Below are positions 60,610 to 64,000 of a DNA stretch of 64,000 nucleotides, one piece after another. The DNA is from an uncultured bacterium. GTDB taxonomy: Bacteria; Babelota; Babeliae; Babelales; JABCYS01. The stretch is from assembly GCA_963705705.1 (NCBI GenBank), contig CAVPKK010000003.1, positions 64,001-128,000 on the forward strand, in the 5' to 3' direction. The translations under genes were made by a program, and so were the position numbers. Each line of letters opens with the position of its first letter. Within the stretch, counting starts at the first letter, position 1. The notes below the pieces were generated by a model. It did not search any database and was not told the DNA's origin. It saw only the letters and a program-made list of their open reading frames with translations.

Positions 60610-61674
60610 ATGCTCTATCATTTAGCCCAACAATTAACATCGATTGCCCATGCATTTAATGTAATCCATTATGTGAGCTTCCGCTCAATAGCGGCGCTCC
60701 TTACAGCGCTCATCTTTTCTTTTTTGTTTGGGAACTGGTTCATTGAAAAATCAAAACTTTTTTTCCGCGCCAAAGCTCGGGAATGGACGCCTGAAAACCA
60801 CCGAGCAAAAGATGACATGCCAACCATGGGTGGCATTTTTATCATTGCGACTACCATTTTTACCACATTACTTTGGGCAAATTGGTCTAAGCCGCAAGTG
60901 TGGCTCATGATGGCCTGCATCATTGGTAATGGCGCAATCGGGTTTTGGGATGATTGGAAGAAGATCAAATTTAAAAAAGGTATTTCAGCACGCACAAAAT
61001 TTTTGTTGCAAATAGGTTTCGCAACCGCTTTGGTAATCGCCTGGCTGATGATGACTAGCACATCAACAATGGTAACTGTGCCATTCTTTAAAAACTTTAA
61101 TCCCGACCTCGGATTATTCTTTATCCCGTGGGCTGTCTTTATTTTGGTAGGCACTGCAAATGCCGTGAACCTAACCGATGGGCTTGATGGCTTAGCCATG
61201 GGCTCACTAATCCCAAATTTTATTACTTTCTCAATTATTACCTACTTAGCAGGGCATGTGTTGCTTGCTCAATACTTGCACATCCCATTCGCCGATAGCG
61301 CAGAAATTACGGTAATAGGATCAACGCTCGTCGGTGCATCGCTTGGTTTTTTGTGGTACAACGCTTATCCCGCTCAAATTTTCATGGGCGACGTTGGCTC
61401 ATTAGCTTTGGGTAGTGCTCTCGCCTTTATGGCACTGTTAGCAAAAGAAGAACTATTACTTGCCATCGCCGGTGGCTTATTTGTCGTCGAAGCTTTATCC
61501 GTGATCATCCAAGTCTGGTCATTCCGCTATCTCGGCCGCCGCTTATTCAAAATGGCGCCTATTCACCATCATTATGAACTCAAAGGATGGCAGGAATCTA
61601 AAATCACCGTTCGCTTTGGCATTATCTCATTAGTTCTATGCTTGCTTGCGTTATTAACATTAAAGATGCGGTAA
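60610..61674 (+). CDS. mraY: Phospho-N-acetylmuramoyl-pentapeptide transferase
   Basis: PTMGG, GFWDD, NAVNLTDGLDGL, PAQIFMGDVGS, MAPIHHHYE. Confidence 0.98.
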   Translation: MLYHLAQQLTSIAHAFNVIHYVSFRSIAALLTALIFSFLFGNWFIEKSKLFFRAKAREWTPENHRAKDDMPTMGGIFIIATTIFTTLLWANWSKPQVWLMMACIIGNGAIGFWDDWKKIKFKKGISARTKFLLQIGFATALVIAWLMMTSTSTMVTVPFFKNFNPDLGLFFIPWAVFILVGTANAVNLTDGLDGLAMGSLIPNFITFSIITYLAGHVLLAQYLHIPFADSAEITVIGSTLVGASLGFLWYNAYPAQIFMGDVGSLALGSALAFMALLAKEELLLAIAGGLFVVEALSVIIQVWSFRYLGRRLFKMAPIHHHYELKGWQESKITVRFGIISLVLCLLALLTLKMR

Positions 61675-61710
61675 ACAAAAAAGCTCCCCGATTTACGAGG
61701 AGCTCTGATT
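61651..61710 (+). repeat. Direct repeat copy 1: mraY 3' end plus terminator hairpin
   Basis: 56/60 identical to 62743-62802. Confidence 0.9.
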
Positions 61711-61759
61711 CTGAACATTGTCTTGTTGTATCTCGTAATTTGCTTTCAATTCATTTAGC

Positions 61760-62533
61760 TTATTTTGCAGATTGCAGCAGATTTTTGTAGGCCATATCAA
61801 TCTTCTTAAACGCCTCGGTTGCAAGATCTATTTTTTCTTTTTCGGGCAGAGTTGCAAGATCAGGCTCAGCATACCTTGATTTAGCTGGCTCTTCAGTGAT
61901 TTTATCTGGGTGCCATGCTTTAGCCATTTTACGATATGCAGTTTTTACCATTGTTTTATTTTTGGCATTATTAGCTGAAAGGCCTAAAATCTCTGCGTTG
62001 CTGGCGTTAGGCTTTACCTTAAGGACGGTATACCATCCAAGTGGTTGGGCGGCAGCTTTAGGTTGCGCTGGCTTTTGACTGGCCCTAAATTTTTCCAATG
62101 GTCCAACATCCACGACCTTAATATCTTTTGCGAGAACATTGCCTTTGATTGCTATTCCATAAGATGTTTGCGGCTCAATCTTGTAAGCACCACCTGAGTA
62201 AACAATACGTATAGCCAGCTCTCTCATATTCTTGGTGTCAAACTGGTAGACGAAGGCAGCCTCGGGTTTTGATTCTTCGTAAAATAATATTTGGGGTTTG
62301 TTGGCCGGCACCAAGTCATGACCTTCTGACACATTCGCCGTAATTGCAGTCGAAGACACCATACCAGGTAAAGTATTTGCAGGCCCGCTAAAGCGAGGTT
62401 TTTTTTCATCTGTGCCGATAACATAAACAAATGGTGAATTGGTTTTGTTTAGGAATCTAAGTTTGATGGTCGCTTGTGAAGCCAAACAGGCTGAAGCCCA
62501 TAATCCAAAGGTGAGAATCATTAGTTTCTTCAT
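61760..62533 (-). CDS. Secreted protein with C-terminal J-domain
   Basis: Signal peptide MKKLMILTFGLWASACLA; WYTVL.V...AS, VKTAYRKMAKAWHPDK, EAFKKI..AY..L. Confidence 0.8.
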   Translation of the reverse strand: MKKLMILTFGLWASACLASQATIKLRFLNKTNSPFVYVIGTDEKKPRFSGPANTLPGMVSSTAITANVSEGHDLVPANKPQILFYEESKPEAAFVYQFDTKNMRELAIRIVYSGGAYKIEPQTSYGIAIKGNVLAKDIKVVDVGPLEKFRASQKPAQPKAAAQPLGWYTVLKVKPNASNAEILGLSANNAKNKTMVKTAYRKMAKAWHPDKITEEPAKSRYAEPDLATLPEKEKIDLATEAFKKIDMAYKNLLQSAK

Positions 62534-62742
62534 AGTCTTTCCTTTTTTTAAAATTATTTATTCAACCCCGTTTGAGGCTTTCTCAAATACAGGGTCAGCA
62601 CTAATTGTAAGGCAGAAGGGGGAGGTGATTTCAAGGGTTTTGGTAGCGGCATAGCGGAAAATGCCCGGAGACGTGTCAATGCTCTGACTGCCGAATGTTT
62701 ACGTTTGCGATTATCGTGCTGATCCATCCGCGCCTGCTCCCA

Positions 62743-62802
62743 TTATTAACCTTGAAAATGCGGTAAATAAAAAAGCTCCCCGATTTACGAGGAGCTCTGA
62801 TT
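62743..62802 (+). repeat. Direct repeat copy 2: relic of mraY 3' end plus terminator hairpin
   Basis: Encodes LLTLKMR* like mraY; degraded similarity extends back to ~62702. Confidence 0.9.
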
Positions 62803-62813
62803 TAGAAGAAAAG

Positions 62814-63170
62814 TTATTTGCCACAAAAGAGTGCATCTAATCCATGATTAAGTGCTTCAAGACCCATAACAGTGCCAATGATTCCACCGGTTAAATTGGC
62901 TAAACAATCTGCATTTGGCCCAATCAATTTGCGAGTGCTATAGGCTCCGCCTAAAAAGATCATTGACTTTAAAAGGCTCTTGATCCTTCTTGCCTCTTTC
63001 TCTGTGAAAAAAGATCTAATCTCATTAGCTGCATTTTCTGCAATTCCAAGCTTAGCTGTTTCAGCAATTGGTTGTGTTTTAAGAGGTGTTGTAGGTGTAG
63101 CTGTTTGTGCCATTACTGGGAAAAATGATAGTCCCGTTAATGCGATAAGTGTTAATTGCTTGATATTCAT
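62814..63170 (-). CDS. Secreted/membrane hypothetical protein, paralog of 63198-63788
   Basis: MNIK signal peptide; SFF..KE...LLKSM.F.GGAY.T; SD GGAG. Confidence 0.7.
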   Translation of the reverse strand: MNIKQLTLIALTGLSFFPVMAQTATPTTPLKTQPIAETAKLGIAENAANEIRSFFTEKEARRIKSLLKSMIFLGGAYSTRKLIGPNADCLANLTGGIIGTVMGLEALNHGLDALFCGK

Positions 63171-63197
63171 AATGATCTCCACATAAAATAGTTAGCG

Positions 63198-63788
63198 TTA
63201 AAAATTGGTTTCGGGTGCCGGCCACAAAACGGCATCTCTCTTTGCAGGATCCTGAAGAGCTTGCTCAAGCCTTTTCAGTTGTTCTTGCACATCAAGGCGT
63301 ACATTCGCAGGAGTCTTTTTGTTGGCAAGAAGTTCTTTGCAAGAAGTTATGCCGGCCTTGATCATCTGCTCTTCAGAAAGAATTTGTTCGGCATCAGATG
63401 ACTTTGTTTGGCTATCGAGTTTTCGTAAGCCAGGCGTATATAAATTCCAGTTTGGTCTGCGTTCAAATAGATATGGACAAATTGCTCGAACTAAATGTTC
63501 AACCGATATGATACCCATTCCAGCTGCCAAAATATCGCCAAATATTGCAATGAATGCCGGTGTGTAAGAGGCAACTTTGTGAGTTCCATATGCACCGCCG
63601 AAAAAGAGCATGGATTTTACCAAGTGATTAAGCTGTCTTTTTTCTTCATCATTGAAAAAAGATTTTAACTTCTGCGATATAGCAGAAGTTCTCTGTTGAA
63701 TAGTTTTTTCTGTTTTAGGCTGTGGTGCTGCTTGAATTGCAGCTGCCATTAAGGCCAAAGATACCAGTGTTATGCATTTAATATTCAT
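63198..63788 (-). CDS. Secreted/membrane hypothetical protein
   Basis: MNIK signal peptide; SFF..EE...LVKSM.F.GGAY.T; SD GGAGG. Confidence 0.7.
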   Translation of the reverse strand: MNIKCITLVSLALMAAAIQAAPQPKTEKTIQQRTSAISQKLKSFFNDEEKRQLNHLVKSMLFFGGAYGTHKVASYTPAFIAIFGDILAAGMGIISVEHLVRAICPYLFERRPNWNLYTPGLRKLDSQTKSSDAEQILSEEQMIKAGITSCKELLANKKTPANVRLDVQEQLKRLEQALQDPAKRDAVLWPAPETNF

Positions 63789-63818
63789 ATAAACCTCCAA
63801 ATAAAATGCGATTGTTTG

Positions 63819-63998
63819 TTAGCGCTCTAGTGCAATTTTTACTTTACTTGTCTCATACCTGTAATAATGATGAGCGGCTTTTACTGCATTCCAAGCAGAC
63901 ATCGCTGCGGCTCCCATTGAGGCGTTTATTGGAAGGAAAAAGTAGAAGGGCTCGTCTCTAAACCCAACGTTTGCCCCGCCATTTGGTAAATATTTTTT
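63819..63998 (-). CDS. C-terminal part of a hypothetical protein (5'-truncated by window)
   Basis: Open frame from the window edge ..FFLPINASMGAAAMSAWNAVKAAHHYYRYETSKVKIALER*. Confidence 0.45.
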   Translation of the reverse strand, partial: KKYLPNGGANVGFRDEPFYFFLPINASMGAAAMSAWNAVKAAHHYYRYETSKVKIALER

Positions 63999-64000
63999 GA

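Overview
Bacterial chromosome segment. The many short secreted proteins, eukaryote/giant-virus-like enzymes and divergent housekeeping genes suggest an intracellular parasite of protists, most likely Dependentiae/TM6; this is an inference, not a database result. The housekeeping backbone is rpsA (partial), ndk, nusB, efp, glyA, rpe, groES-groEL, split LigD domains, rpoD, dnaG, mnmG, lgt, trxB and mraY. The dominant feature is a ~37 kb glycan-modification island (~6.2-43 kb). About 27 of its enzymes carry N-terminal signal peptides or anchors although their donors are normally cytoplasmic: GT32, GT47-like, GT11/NodZ-like, GT6, GT2, GT31-like, GT-D, DUF1647 and DUF6492 transferases, sulfo-, methyl- and acetyl-transferases, and a plant/giant-virus-type two-enzyme NDP-rhamnose pathway. 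This is the best candidate for an undescribed system: an exported, Golgi-like glycosylation toolkit. Non-coding highlights are (i) a ~60 nt two-hairpin motif shared by the leaders of an RRM gene and groES; (ii) three dispersed palindromic repeat families, one inserted in frame in dnaG and mnmG; (iii) a 60 bp duplicate of the mraY 3' end flanking a secreted J-domain gene. Three or four genes carry single-base frameshifts that may be sequencing errors. No rRNA, tRNA, CRISPR array or transposase was recognised. Family calls come from motif recognition by eye.
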